Source: an uncultured Clostridia bacterium (GTDB lineage Bacteria > Bacillota > Clostridia > TANB77 > CAG-508). Taken from it: a stretch of 61,810 bases of DNA. Shown piece after piece: positions 11,207 through 20,541 of this stretch. The stretch lies in the NCBI GenBank assembly GCA_947625645.1, contig CANQPE010000005.1, positions 1-61,810 of the forward strand. Reading direction: 5' to 3'. The notes under the pieces were generated by a model. It made no database searches. It was not told the origin of the DNA and worked only from the letters and a program-made list of their open reading frames with translations. The translations under genes and the position numbers were made by a program. Position 1 is the stretch's first letter. The number at the start of each line of letters is the position of its first letter.

Positions 11207-12252
11207 GTATAGGAATATTTACATTTCAGGATGGAACAAATTATGGGGCAACATATCAAATGTATGCTTTGCAAGAAGTATTAAAAAGATACGATAGGAA
11301 AGTTAATGTTATTAATTATAAACATGAGAAAAAAAAGAAAAAAATTACGTTTCAACAACTAATTTTTTCTCCCATTAAACTAATGAAAGAATATCAGTTT
11401 AAAAAGTTTAGAAAACAATATATTAATCTTACCAAAGAATATCATACAAAAGAAATTAAAGCATGTTCCCCAAACTATGACATTTATATTGCAGGAAGTG
11501 ATCAAATATGGAATCCTAGAACAATGGATGAACAAGTTAGAGATGTTTATTTTTTGAATTTCGGAGATAGAAATATAAAAAAAATAGCGTATGCTCCAAG
11601 CATAGGTGTAGATTACTTAACGGAAGATGACGAAAAATATTTTGCAGAAAGATTGCAAAATTTTAATGACATTTCTGTAAGAGAAGATACCGGAAAAAGG
11701 CTAATAAATCATTTAACGAAAAAAGAGGTAACAGTTGTATTAGATCCTACCTTATTACTAAGCCAAGAAGAGTGGAAAAAATTAGAGAAAAACAATAAAT
11801 TATTACAGAAAGAAAAATATATTTTTGTATATTTAATAGAGCCAGATGATGCTATAATTGAAATGATAAATGGTATTGCTAAACAAAGTAATTTAAAAAT
11901 TATTCATACCGGATTTTCAAGAAAATACAATAATGAGAAAAGGAAACCATTTGCAAATCCAAACCAATTTTTAACATTACTCCATCATGCTGATATCGTC
12001 TTAACAAATTCTTTTCATGGCACTGTATTTTCAATAATATTTGAGAAGGAATTTTTTTGCTTTTCAAGAAAAGGAATGAATTCAAGAATGAAAAATTTGT
12101 TAAAGAAAGTTCAGCTTGAAAGTAGATTTATAGAAAATCAATCTGTATTAAAAAATAAGTTTCCGAAGATAGACTTTAATGCAGTTAAATTATTATTAGA
12201 AGATGAAAAACAAAAATCTATATCATATTTAGAAAGGGCATTGAAAAAATAA
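11203..12252 (+). CDS. Polysaccharide pyruvyl transferase family protein
   Basis: NYGA, GSDQIWN, SVRE, DPTLLL and TNSFHG motifs. Confidence 0.9.
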   Translation: MSIGIFTFQDGTNYGATYQMYALQEVLKRYDRKVNVINYKHEKKKKKITFQQLIFSPIKLMKEYQFKKFRKQYINLTKEYHTKEIKACSPNYDIYIAGSDQIWNPRTMDEQVRDVYFLNFGDRNIKKIAYAPSIGVDYLTEDDEKYFAERLQNFNDISVREDTGKRLINHLTKKEVTVVLDPTLLLSQEEWKKLEKNNKLLQKEKYIFVYLIEPDDAIIEMINGIAKQSNLKIIHTGFSRKYNNEKRKPFANPNQFLTLLHHADIVLTNSFHGTVFSIIFEKEFFCFSRKGMNSRMKNLLKKVQLESRFIENQSVLKNKFPKIDFNAVKLLLEDEKQKSISYLERALKK

Positions 12253-13800
12253 ATGAGAACAAAAAATTCAATTTTAAATATTAGTACCACTTTTTTTATA
12301 ACGCTTACAAAAATAGTGATAAATTTTGTGGGAAGAACTTTTTTTATAAAAATTTTAGGAGAAGTTTATTTAGGGGTTAATGGGCTATTAACCAATGTAT
12401 TATCCATGCTGTCATTAGCAGAATTAGGAATTAGTACAGCAATTAATTTTAGTTTATATAAACCATTAGCAGAAAAAGATTATTTAAAAGTAAGTAAATT
12501 AATGACATTTTATAAAAAAGCATACAGAATAATTTCAATTATTGTTGCTATTGTTGGAATAATATTATATTTCTTTTTAGATATGATTATTAAAGATGCA
12601 AATAGTATTCAAAATCTAAATATTATATATTTTTTATTTTTAGCAAATACTGTATTTAGTTATTTAATTTCATATAAAGAAACATTGATTACAGCAGACC
12701 AAAAAGCATATAAACTTACCAAAATAAATTTTATATTTACAATATTAGTAAATGTGGGACAAATTATTGTTTTGATATTAACAAAAAATTTTATTATTTA
12801 TTTGGTAACACAATTACTAATTACATACATTCAGAAAATTTTTATTAATCGATATATAACAAAGCAATATGAAATGGTAAATTTTAAATGTAAAGAAAAA
12901 CTTGATAAAACAGATTTAAAAAAAATTATAGAAAATGTACAAGCAATGTTTTTTCATAAAATAGGAGATTATTGTACAAATGGAACAGACAATATAATAA
13001 TTTCATCATTTATTGGAATTAATATGGTGGGGATTTATTCTAATTATTTAACGATAATAAACATGCTAAATATGTTTATTAATATTATTTATAATGGACT
13101 GGTTGCTAGTTTAGGGAATTTGTTAGTAGCAGAAGATAGAGAGAAAGATTATATTATATTTAGACAAATAGATTTCATAGGTTTTTTAATTTTCGGACTT
13201 TGTACAGTTGGAATGCTAAATTTATTCAATGTATTTATTACATTATGGATAGGAAATCAGTATGTATTAAGTATAGAAATAGTATATTGCATTGTAATAA
13301 ACTTCTTTATTACAGGGATGCGAATCCCTACGGCAACAATAAAAAATGCGGCAGGTTTGTATAAAGAAGACAAATTTTCTCCCATTATTCAATCAGTAAT
13401 TAATTTACTTATATCTATTATATTAGTTCAATATATAGGAATATTGGGAGTAATATTAGGTACAATTATTAGCGGAATAGCATTACCGTGTTGGCAAAGG
13501 ATTTATATAATATACAAGAATATTTTTAATAGGAAAGCAACAGAGTATATAAAAATTTATTTAAAGTACATTATTGTATTAATAGTTAGTTTTGTGACTA
13601 CGTCTATAATGCTAAAAGGGATTAATTTTCCAATTAATGTTTTTACCTTTATGATAAGCATTGTTTTAATTTTGTGCATACATATGATTATTGTATGGGG
13701 ATTTTATAAAAAGACAGAACAAATGAATGATATAGTAAATTTTGTAAAAAATTATTGGAGAAAATGTGTTAGCAAAAACAGAATTAAGAAGTTTGACTAG
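12253..13800 (+). CDS. Polysaccharide flippase (Wzx-like)
   Basis: LSLAELGI, SLYKPLA and TDNIIIS motifs; many TM segments; last gene of the locus. Confidence 0.85.
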   Translation: MRTKNSILNISTTFFITLTKIVINFVGRTFFIKILGEVYLGVNGLLTNVLSMLSLAELGISTAINFSLYKPLAEKDYLKVSKLMTFYKKAYRIISIIVAIVGIILYFFLDMIIKDANSIQNLNIIYFLFLANTVFSYLISYKETLITADQKAYKLTKINFIFTILVNVGQIIVLILTKNFIIYLVTQLLITYIQKIFINRYITKQYEMVNFKCKEKLDKTDLKKIIENVQAMFFHKIGDYCTNGTDNIIISSFIGINMVGIYSNYLTIINMLNMFINIIYNGLVASLGNLLVAEDREKDYIIFRQIDFIGFLIFGLCTVGMLNLFNVFITLWIGNQYVLSIEIVYCIVINFFITGMRIPTATIKNAAGLYKEDKFSPIIQSVINLLISIILVQYIGILGVILGTIISGIALPCWQRIYIIYKNIFNRKATEYIKIYLKYIIVLIVSFVTTSIMLKGINFPINVFTFMISIVLILCIHMIIVWGFYKKTEQMNDIVNFVKNYWRKCVSKNRIKKFD

Positions 13801-13965
13801 AAAGGATAAAACTACCAAGATACAGAATTATGTGCCTAATAAGGATATTGAAAAATACAAGAACAACATTTGTAGCATATGTAAAAGAGAAAAGAAAATA
13901 AAAATATGCAAGTAACCAATCACTTCCCAGCGGAATAAAATACGCATAGGGGGAAGTGATTTTTT

Positions 13966-14412
13966 ATGGCATTTTCAGATAGAGAATTATTGGCAAGAAT
14001 TATCCAATGTGAAGCCGGAGGAGAAGGGGACAATGGAATGAAGGCAGTGGCAAGTGTAACGATGAATCGAGTCAATAGCACTGAAGGGGAATATGCAAGA
14101 GTTTCACAGGGAGGAAATGTACGCAACATTATTTTTCAGCCAGGGCAATATGACTGTGCGAGTGAAACAATTCGAAACCAATATAATGCACAAAATATCT
14201 ATAACATGACCCCAACAGAGATTCATTACTATATTGCAGATTGGGCATTGGCAGGTCAGCGATTGAATGAAATTGGAAATTGTTTATGGTATTTGAATCC
14301 TTTTAAACCAGATTGTAGTGCTACATTTCCAAGCAATGGTTCTGGAACGTTTCATACCAGATTAGGAAAACATTGCTTTTATCGACCAACTGCTACTTAT
14401 CGTAATACTTAA
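13966..14412 (+). CDS. Spore cortex-lytic cell wall hydrolase (CwlJ/SleB Hydrolase_2 family)
   Basis: LLARIIQCEAGGEG..GM.AVA.V.MNRV and GKHCFY motifs. Confidence 0.8.
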   Translation: MAFSDRELLARIIQCEAGGEGDNGMKAVASVTMNRVNSTEGEYARVSQGGNVRNIIFQPGQYDCASETIRNQYNAQNIYNMTPTEIHYYIADWALAGQRLNEIGNCLWYLNPFKPDCSATFPSNGSGTFHTRLGKHCFYRPTATYRNT

Positions 14413-14488
14413 AAGAAGGAAAAAGATTAAAAAACCATTGTAATTTTAGCCTAAATCAAATTTTATTAGGAAGGAATGAGAAAAAAGT

Positions 14489-14788
14489 ATGGAAACAAGA
14501 AAATCAAACACAAACCAAAGAGAAAATAGGCAAGTGGATATCAATCAAAGTTCACCAGAAATCCTAACAAATTCAATTTATACGCCAGCATTTTTAAGAG
14601 AATACATAGGAAGTTTAATGCGTGTTGAATTTTTAATTGGAACCAATAATTTAGTAGACAGAATTGGAATTTTGCAAGATGTTGGGGCAAGCTATATTTT
14701 ACTTCGTTCTTTTGAAAACGATAGCTTAGTATATTGCGATATCTATTCCATCAAATTTGTTACAATTTCTACGACAGGCTGGTACTAA
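14489..14788 (+). CDS. GerQ-like spore coat protein
   Basis: LREYIG..MRVEF, GIL..VGASYILL and IKFVT motifs; downstream of a cwlJ-like gene. Confidence 0.55.
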   Translation: METRKSNTNQRENRQVDINQSSPEILTNSIYTPAFLREYIGSLMRVEFLIGTNNLVDRIGILQDVGASYILLRSFENDSLVYCDIYSIKFVTISTTGWY

Positions 14789-14798
14789 AATTTTGGGG

Positions 14799-14875
14799 AC
14801 AGCTGGGACAATTAGGGACGTTTCTTTTTTGTCCGTTAGGGACAAAAAAGAAACGTCCCTAATTGTCCCAGCTGT
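14799..14875. repeat. REP-like long palindrome, copy 1 (36-bp arms, GTTAG loop)
   Basis: ACAGCTGGGACAATTAGGGACGTTTCTTTTTTGTCC-GTTAG-reverse complement. Confidence 0.95.
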
Positions 14876-14877
14876 AG

Positions 14878-14998
14878 CTAACTTCTTTTGCAACTAAGTT
14901 GACAGTGGCTAGTACTTTGCCATCTATTTTTTTCCAAAGCTTTTAAAAGCAAATTTATTAAATCCATAGTCTAATAATCTTTGTTCTTCACAAAGCAC
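14878..14998 (-). pseudogene. Degenerate duplicate of the dacF 3' end with two internal deletions
   Basis: Blocks match 15835-15844, 15915-15953 and about 16144-16215. Confidence 0.85.
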
Positions 14999-15104
14999 AA
15001 GTGAAAAATATTGTTAGCCAAATCTGGTAAAAATATAAAAAGGTATTTAAAATTTCCTATAATTATGCTATAATAATTATAGAATTTGAAAAAGAGGTGA
15101 TTTT

Positions 15105-15344
15105 ATGCAGAATATAACTAATATTCAAGAATTAGAGAGAGCAATAAGTCTTAATGGAGAAATGGTAGTAACAAAAAATAGTAAAAATAATATGATACTT
15201 TTAAGTATTGAAGAATATAAAAAGAAATTACAAGATGAAGAAATTGAAAAAAAATTATTAAATGCAGAAAAACAAATAGATGAAGGAAAGACAGTAAAAG
15301 CAACAGAAGTATTTAGGGAGTTGGAAGAAAAATATGGATTCTAA
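15105..15344 (+). CDS. Phd/YefM-like antitoxin
   Basis: VVTKN..MILLSIEEY; small acidic protein; overlaps the toxin gene. Confidence 0.75.
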   Translation: MQNITNIQELERAISLNGEMVVTKNSKNNMILLSIEEYKKKLQDEEIEKKLLNAEKQIDEGKTVKATEVFRELEEKYGF

Positions 15345-15651
15345 AAAAGAAATATATGAAATAGAATTTACTGAAGATGCAAGAGATGAGATAAGAGATA
15401 TTTATGAATATATTTCAAAAAATCTAGTTGCAGAAGAAGCAGCAAAGAGATTAATGAGAAAAATGCGACAAAGTGTAATGGATTTAGCAGGATCTCCAAA
15501 AATATATATGAAAATAGAAAAAAAGGATAAAAGAAAAAGAGAATTTAGAAGAATGGTAATAGATAATTTTGTTGTTCTATATACAATTGATGAAAATAAA
15601 AAAACAATATATATTTCACATATGTATTATGGAAGAAAAAATTATCTATAA
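15334..15651 (+). CDS. RelE/ParE family toxin
   Basis: IEFTEDARDEIRDIYEYIS, RRMVIDNFVVLY and YGRKNY motifs. Confidence 0.85.
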   Translation: MDSKKEIYEIEFTEDARDEIRDIYEYISKNLVAEEAAKRLMRKMRQSVMDLAGSPKIYMKIEKKDKRKREFRRMVIDNFVVLYTIDENKKTIYISHMYYGRKNYL

Positions 15652-15660
15652 AATTTCAAA

Positions 15661-15765
15661 GTGGAAGAACTTGTAGCAAGAGCTAAGAAAAAAGATGAAA
15701 AAGCATTTGATGAACTTATTTTATCTGTAAAAAAGGAAATGTATTTAATTGCAAAAACTAAATGA
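15661..15765 (+). pseudogene. N-terminal remnant of an ECF-type sigma factor
   Basis: GTG-started (M)EELVARAKKKDEKAFDELILSVKKEMYLIAKTK*, ending at the palindrome. Confidence 0.55.
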
Positions 15766-15824
15766 CAATTAGGGACGTTTCTTTTTTGTCCGTTAGGGAC
15801 AAAAAAGAAACGTCCCTAATTGTC
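15764..15824. repeat. REP-like long palindrome, copy 2 (28-bp arms)
   Basis: GACAATTAGGGACGTTTCTTTTTTGTCC-GTTAG-reverse complement; same core as copy 1. Confidence 0.95.
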
Positions 15825-15834
15825 CCAGCCGTAG

Positions 15835-17079
15835 CTAACTTCTTAGTAGGTCAATCCAGCTGTAAATAACTCGCTTGGACATGGTAAATAGGTTTAGCTT
15901 TTCAACATCTTCTTTTGCAACTAAGTTGACAGTGGCTAGTACTTTGCTATCTAAGGTAAATGTGGCTTCACCTAATTTTTGCCCAGCAGTAATTTTAGCA
16001 GGGAAAGAATCGGATAGGGTAATGGTTTGAGACACTTGCGAGTCTTTTCCTTTTTCTATCAAAGCACCACTATTATTTTCTAAGATAACATCAACTTGAG
16101 AAGTGACACCTTTTGTAACGTCAATTGTTTTGACTAAATCGCCTTTTTTCCCAAAGCTTTTAAAAGCAAATTTATTAAATCCATAGTCTAATAACTTTTG
16201 GGCTTCACTAAAGCGTACTTTTGTGGAAGGTGCTTTCATAATAACAGCAATTAAGGACAAATCATCACGTGTGGCACTGGCAGATAGGTTGTAAAGGGCA
16301 AGAGAAGTAGAACCTGTTTTTAGACCAGTAGCCCCTTTATAAGTTTTAATTAATTTATTAGTATTAGAAAGTTGCGATTTTCCATCACGTAAAGTGTCCA
16401 TCCAAATAGTGGTATATTTTGTAATATTGGGGTATTTGTTTAATAGTTCTCGGGACATTAGTGCAATATCATGACTAGACGTTACATGCCCATCTTCATC
16501 TAAACCATGACAATTTTTAAAAGTAGTGTCATTCATACCTAGTTCTTTTGCTTTGTCATTCATCATTTGCACGAAGGCTTCTTCAGAACCAGCAATAAAT
16601 TCGCTCATAGCAACGACACAATCATTAGCAGAATTGACACAGATGGCTTTTAACATATCATCTACAGATAAAGTTTCTCTAGGGTCCAGCCAAATTTGAG
16701 AACCGCCCATAGAAGCAGCATTTTCAGAGCATGGCACACTATCCGTTAAAGAAATTTGTTGATTGGCAATTGCTTCCATAATCAGTAAAATACTCATGAC
16801 TTTTGTAACAGAAGCAGGGCGCAATTGTTCATGAATGTTATGACTGTATAAAATTTGTCCGGTATGTTGTTCAATTAAAATAGCAGAACCACTTTCTAAA
16901 TTTAAGCTATTATCAGTCGTTTCAGTGGCAACATCACTATTGACAGAAACAGAGGAACTTTCATCTGCCAATGACCAAATATAGCTACTATCATTTATGG
17001 CAAGACTAGTTACAGGAAAAAATGTAAAAAAAGAAAACAAAAAAATGAATAATAAACCAATATATTTTCGTAATTTCAT
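15835..17079 (-). CDS. dacF: D-alanyl-D-alanine carboxypeptidase (sporulation DacF-like)
   Basis: PASVTK (SxxK), SAND (SxN), GLKTG and SMGGSQIWL motifs; signal peptide. Confidence 0.85.
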   Translation of the reverse strand: MKLRKYIGLLFIFLFSFFTFFPVTSLAINDSSYIWSLADESSSVSVNSDVATETTDNSLNLESGSAILIEQHTGQILYSHNIHEQLRPASVTKVMSILLIMEAIANQQISLTDSVPCSENAASMGGSQIWLDPRETLSVDDMLKAICVNSANDCVVAMSEFIAGSEEAFVQMMNDKAKELGMNDTTFKNCHGLDEDGHVTSSHDIALMSRELLNKYPNITKYTTIWMDTLRDGKSQLSNTNKLIKTYKGATGLKTGSTSLALYNLSASATRDDLSLIAVIMKAPSTKVRFSEAQKLLDYGFNKFAFKSFGKKGDLVKTIDVTKGVTSQVDVILENNSGALIEKGKDSQVSQTITLSDSFPAKITAGQKLGEATFTLDSKVLATVNLVAKEDVEKLNLFTMSKRVIYSWIDLLRS

Positions 17080-17187
17080 AACGACCTCCTTAAGTTTTTA
17101 TTACTAAAATATATGTAGAATTTGTAAAAAAATAACTTTACAATTTTAGGAATTTGATATATGATAGAATAAAAGGGAGGGAATACT

Positions 17188-17913
17188 ATGCCAGCTTGGG
17201 CAATTCATTTAGCGACGGCAACTAAATTGAGTGAAAAGTGGAACATACCGAAACAAAATAAAAATAGCTTTTTATTAGGAAATATTGCACCAGATATTTT
17301 AAATGGATATGTTGTGAAACATATATCACATCAAATATCACATAACCAAACACATTTTGCAAAAGAAGTGCAAATTAATCATCATAAGGAACGTAGGCAT
17401 GATATACAAGGATTTTATGATAAGTATCATGAAAAATTCAAGAATCCTTTGCTATTAGGATATTATACACATATATTGACAGATACATTTTGGAATGGGG
17501 TAGCTTATGGAGAGAGAGGTATTTTTGATGAAGAGAAACGTTTAATTGGATTACAATTGCAAAATGGAAAACAGTTTTTAGCAGAAAAAGAGGAATTACG
17601 CAAACTTAAAACCAATGATTTTAAATTATTTTCAAAGTATATCTATGAACAACATTTGGCAGAAATACCAGAGTATGATGAAATGATGTTGATGTATGCA
17701 AAAGAAATCGATTGGTTGCCATTAGAAAAACAAGATATTTTAGAAGCGATTTCCTATTTGCAAGACATGGCAAGCCTTAAAACGCAGATTGAAGTTGAGA
17801 CTCCAGAATATCAAATTTTTTCACCACAAGAAATGCAAACAATTTTTGATAGATGTGTTAATGAGATAGCACAGCAGCGGACAAAGATGATTTTTCTGAG
17901 TCCGCATTTTTAG
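17188..17913 (+). CDS. Putative zinc-dependent hydrolase (phospholipase C-like fold)
   Basis: MPAWAIH, LLGNIAPD, TH and LGYYTHILTD motifs. Confidence 0.55.
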   Translation: MPAWAIHLATATKLSEKWNIPKQNKNSFLLGNIAPDILNGYVVKHISHQISHNQTHFAKEVQINHHKERRHDIQGFYDKYHEKFKNPLLLGYYTHILTDTFWNGVAYGERGIFDEEKRLIGLQLQNGKQFLAEKEELRKLKTNDFKLFSKYIYEQHLAEIPEYDEMMLMYAKEIDWLPLEKQDILEAISYLQDMASLKTQIEVETPEYQIFSPQEMQTIFDRCVNEIAQQRTKMIFLSPHF

Positions 17914-17924
17914 TATAAACTTTT

Positions 17925-18686
17925 TTATATAGGCTTCTCAATTAAATCACGCCAATATTTTTTGGGCATAAACTGCATTTGACATCTAGGATTCTTACGT
18001 TCTTCAATTGAAATGGTATGAAAAAAAGTTTGCCATAATTTTTGATACATTTCTTCTTCTTGACTTAAATCCGGAAGCTGAAAACAAGTGTCTTCTATGA
18101 TTTGATATTGGTCATCATGATACAAAAAACAAAGATGGTGATTCTGATCATGAATGACAAAATCTTGTGAGGATAACCTTCGCATAAAATGGTGCCCCAA
18201 AGGCTCTAAAATATTGTTGTCTGGATGAATAGAGGCATAGAAAATATGCTGGTTTGTTTCTACAAAACGCAATAATCCTTTTAAGCGATGACATTCACTT
18301 AAGGCACGTTTTCGCATTGCCATGACATTGGCAACATAGGAAAGTGTTATTCTATCGTTGATTTTGGGACCGATTTCGAATCCATCACATAAATACTTTA
18401 AAATATCAATTTCTTTATGAGGTGCATTGGATAAAAAAGCATAAAAACTATTGTATAGGGCTTGATATCCTATGTGCTTGTAAATACCATCAAAGACTCT
18501 TTGGGATTTTTTTTCATTTGTCATAATTTCAATCGTTTTATCTAAAAAATTAGGGATATAATTGTTTTTGGGATAAATTTTTACTGGTAATGTTTTATGG
18601 TAAAAACAATCAAATACAATTGTTAGTAGCCCATAAAAAGTTCCGTCATAAAGAAAAGTTTGATTTACAAGTTTCCAATTAGACAT
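17925..18686 (-). CDS. TIGR03915-type putative DNA metabolism protein
   Basis: YDGTFYGLLT, HRLKGLLRF, HFMRR and FMPKKYW motifs; paired with the radical SAM gene. Confidence 0.85.
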   Translation of the reverse strand: MSNWKLVNQTFLYDGTFYGLLTIVFDCFYHKTLPVKIYPKNNYIPNFLDKTIEIMTNEKKSQRVFDGIYKHIGYQALYNSFYAFLSNAPHKEIDILKYLCDGFEIGPKINDRITLSYVANVMAMRKRALSECHRLKGLLRFVETNQHIFYASIHPDNNILEPLGHHFMRRLSSQDFVIHDQNHHLCFLYHDDQYQIIEDTCFQLPDLSQEEEMYQKLWQTFFHTISIEERKNPRCQMQFMPKKYWRDLIEKPI

Positions 18687-19978
18687 TTTATTTTATCCTC
18701 CTTTGTTGGTTGTAATGTATCAAAAATTGATATTTGTTCGTATTTTTGTGAAAGGGAAGTGATTTGTCTTTTTTCTATCGCCAATAAATTTGTTTCAATG
18801 AAGTCGGAACGAAACAAAGCACTTTTATATAAATATTTTCCTTTACATGTGATAAAATATTGTGCACGTTTCATGACAACGCCAAGTTTTTTCAAATTTT
18901 CGAAATTCAATAAAAATGCTCTCCTGGCACGGATAATTTTTTTTGCACTTACCACTCCGATACCAGGGACGCGAAGTAAAGTAGCGTAATCAGCAGTATT
19001 AACTTCAATTGGAAAATATTGTAAATTTCTCAGCGCCCAATCACATTTTGGGTCTAATAAGGTATTAAAGTTAGGGTGGCTTTCTGAAAGAAGTTCGTTT
19101 GCTTGAAATCCATAAAAACGAAGGAGCCAATCTGCTTGATACAGTCTATTTTCTCGTAACAAGGGAGGAGAAGGAAGCGCAGGCAGATGAGCATCATTAT
19201 TTATGGAAACGTAGGCAGAGTAATACACGCGTTTTAATTTTAATTTTTTATAAAGTCCTTCTGATAAGGTTAAAATTTTTAAGTCACTTTCTGGAGTAGC
19301 TCCAACAATGAGTTGGGTGGTTTGCCCAGCGGGAGCAAATTGTTTTTTATAGCGAGAAGTGTCTTGTAAATTGGTTTGAATATTTTTGGCAACATATTGC
19401 ATTGGCATTAAAATACCATCTTTTTGTTTTTGTGGGGCAAGAAGTTTTAGACTGTCGTGAGATGGTAATTCAATATTAATACTTAATCTATCCACCAAAA
19501 CGCCAAGTTTATCGATAAGTTCCTGTGAGCAACCAGGAATGGTTTTACAGTGAATATAGCCATTAAAAAGATATTCATTTCGTAAGATGGAAACGGTTTT
19601 GATCAATAGTTCCATGGTATCATCTGGAGAACGTATGACAGCAGAACTTAAAAATAAGCCTTCTATGTAATTTCTCTTATAAAAGTGAATGGTTAAATCT
19701 GCAATTTCTTGTGGCGTAAATGTAGCTCTTGCAATAGAGTTTGTACAGCGATTAATACAATATTTGCAATCATAGATGCACGCATTACTTAGCAAAATTT
19801 TTAATAGTGAAATGCATCTTCCATCAGCACCCCAGCTGTGACAGATACCCGCTGTTTCTGCATTTCCAATACCCCCAGAAGTATTTTTCCTTGTACTTCC
19901 ACTGGAACTGCAAGAAGCGTCGTATTTGGCAGAATCTGATAAAATTTTTAGTTTATCTAATAATTCCATAATTAACAT
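18665..19978 (-). CDS. Putative DNA modification/repair radical SAM protein (TIGR03916-type)
   Basis: SAKYDASCSSSG, CIYDCKYC, RENRLYQADWLLRFYGF and HhH LLRVPGIG motifs. Confidence 0.9.
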   Translation of the reverse strand: MLIMELLDKLKILSDSAKYDASCSSSGSTRKNTSGGIGNAETAGICHSWGADGRCISLLKILLSNACIYDCKYCINRCTNSIARATFTPQEIADLTIHFYKRNYIEGLFLSSAVIRSPDDTMELLIKTVSILRNEYLFNGYIHCKTIPGCSQELIDKLGVLVDRLSINIELPSHDSLKLLAPQKQKDGILMPMQYVAKNIQTNLQDTSRYKKQFAPAGQTTQLIVGATPESDLKILTLSEGLYKKLKLKRVYYSAYVSINNDAHLPALPSPPLLRENRLYQADWLLRFYGFQANELLSESHPNFNTLLDPKCDWALRNLQYFPIEVNTADYATLLRVPGIGVVSAKKIIRARRAFLLNFENLKKLGVVMKRAQYFITCKGKYLYKSALFRSDFIETNLLAIEKRQITSLSQKYEQISIFDTLQPTKEDKIKCLIGNL

Positions 19979-20228
19979 CTATCCTTTTTTCGTAATAAGT
20001 TTGAAATGAAGTTTATTAAAGATTTAGCGAACAATATTTTCTGAAATATTTGTTCTCACTATATCATATTCAAAATAAAATGTCAAATGTTTGTTTGGAA
20101 AAAATAAAATTTTGTTTTGGCATTGTAAATATTTTGTCGAATTTTGCGATGAAAAGTAGTTTATTAGGGATTGCAAAATTTGACTTTTTATGTTATGATA
20201 TTTTATATTCAATATATATCTTTTTGAA

Positions 20229-20513
20229 ATGATGGTTTTATTTTATTCGAAAAAATTCCCAAAAAATGAAAGAATAAGAAATGAAAAAATTAAAGAAGAA
20301 TTAGAAGAATGGGGAGGGGAAAACAAAATGAGTTTTATTGATTTAATCATAGAAGAAAAAGAAAAAATTATATCTGAGGGAAAAGAGGCAAGCATAAGAA
20401 GTATTGTCAAAGAAATGTTAAAATGCCATACAGACGATAAGTTTATTATGCAAGTAACAAAAATTAATCAAAAAACATTAAACCAGATAAAGGCACAATT
20501 ACAAAAAGAGTAA
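20229..20513 (+). CDS. Small hypothetical protein resembling the C-terminus of Rpn/PD-(D/E)XK-type proteins; likely start ATG 20328
   Basis: EGKEA..SIVKEMLK....KFIMQVTK pattern; GGAGG just upstream of ATG 20328. Confidence 0.4.
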   Translation: MMVLFYSKKFPKNERIRNEKIKEELEEWGGENKMSFIDLIIEEKEKIISEGKEASIRSIVKEMLKCHTDDKFIMQVTKINQKTLNQIKAQLQKE

Positions 20514-20541
20514 GAAAACTTGCAGGTGCTTGCCGATACAA

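Noticed and set aside
14799-15824. Repeated GGGAC...GTCCC sequences as a CRISPR array
   Set aside because: They are isolated palindromes without regular spacers, and no cas genes are present.
20029-20056. LexA boxes upstream of the radical SAM operon
   Set aside because: Only half-sites (CGAAC, GTTC) are present, with no good GAAC-N4-GTTC match.
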